A stretch of DNA of 64,000 nucleotides from Prochlorococcus sp. AG-409-P19 (lineage in GTDB: Bacteria; Cyanobacteriota; Cyanobacteriia; PCC-6307; Cyanobiaceae). Location: the NCBI GenBank assembly GCA_003215315.1, contig QCKO01000005.1:23813-87812 (forward strand). Reading direction: 5' to 3'. The notes below the pieces were generated by a model. The model was not told the origin of the DNA and did not search any database. It saw only the letters and a program-made list of their open reading frames with translations. Shown piece after piece: positions 63,289 through 64,000 of the stretch (the stretch's first letter is position 1; each line of letters begins with the position of its first letter). The translations under genes and the position numbers were made by a program.

Positions 63289-63942
63289 CTAACTATTTTT
63301 TTTACGTATAGTTCTTAAAAGAAAAATCAACACTGAAGCAGAAATGATGCAAACTAAAATTATTTTAGAAAAACTAGCATAAGGTTTAATCCAGATCGCG
63401 ACAATGTTATATCCATCTCTTAAGTAAAAGCCTGCAATTGTCAAAAACAAAGTCCAAATTAGGCTACCTGCAGTTGTCCATACCAAAAAAGGAAATAATG
63501 GCATTAATTCAATGCCAGCAGGTACTGAGATTAGAGTCCTTATGCCAGGTATCAAACGTCCCCAAAAAACCAATGAGTTTCCATATCGAGCAAACCATCT
63601 CCTACTTTTTGACAATTCTAATGGGCTAATACCCATCCAAGAACCATACTTAGAAAGCCAAATTTCTAGTTTTTCTTCATTGACTAATCTTCCAATTCCA
63701 TACCAAGGTAAGGCTCCTAATACAGTCCCAATCAAGCCAGCTAAAACAACAGGAATAAAAGCTAACTGTCCCTGATGAACATAGAAGCCACCTAATGGCA
63801 TAATCAATTCAGATGGAATAGGTGGAAAAAGATTCTCAAGAAACATTGCAAATAAAATTGCGATATAACCAAACCATTGACTAGTTTCTACAGCATTGTT
63901 TATAAGTTTCGGTAAAAATGTAACTACATCTGTTATTTCCAT
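63289..63942 (-). CDS. DedA family membrane protein
   Basis: LENLFPPIPSELIMPLGG and GRLIPGIRTLISVPAG. Confidence 0.93.
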   Translation of the reverse strand: MEITDVVTFLPKLINNAVETSQWFGYIAILFAMFLENLFPPIPSELIMPLGGFYVHQGQLAFIPVVLAGLIGTVLGALPWYGIGRLVNEEKLEIWLSKYGSWMGISPLELSKSRRWFARYGNSLVFWGRLIPGIRTLISVPAGIELMPLFPFLVWTTAGSLIWTLFLTIAGFYLRDGYNIVAIWIKPYASFSKIILVCIISASVLIFLLRTIRKKNS

Positions 63943-64000
63943 AAAAACATTTTAGGGTATAAAAAAAATAATTAGAGATAAGAACCAATATACAAAAAAT

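Overview
AT-rich, gene-dense chromosomal segment of a marine picocyanobacterium. It is most likely a low-light Prochlorococcus, inferred from gene order (ppc-gshA-trpE-psaD, pebB-pebA-ho1-icd, glgP, rnpB-rnc-ndhS-rimM, glmS-psaC-acpP-fabF-tkt-thiC, lysS-srrA-mreDCB-ssb), low GC and retention of recF. Most of the window is core genome: about 58 CDS, three tRNAs (Arg-CCG, Cys-GCA, Arg-CCT), RNase P RNA and a TPP riboswitch. I see no integrase, transposase or CRISPR array. The one accessory-looking stretch is a ~1.8 kb islet just downstream of tRNA-Cys (22252-24045). It holds a candidate sRNA, a DUF1651-like gene whose sigma70 promoter is overlapped by a cyanobacterial LexA-like box, an orphan 143-aa gene and a 40-aa Cys-rich ORF missed by the ORF track. 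Other points of interest: a probable ATT start for recF, a possible sugar-acid cluster (epimerase, FMN alpha-hydroxy-acid oxidase, DUF1537 kinase), a JAB/MoeZ/LarE sulfur-relay neighbourhood, a cryptic Amidase_3-like protein, a histidine kinase with a degenerate ATP domain, and a perfect 48-bp palindrome. All family assignments come from motif recognition by eye; no database searches were run.
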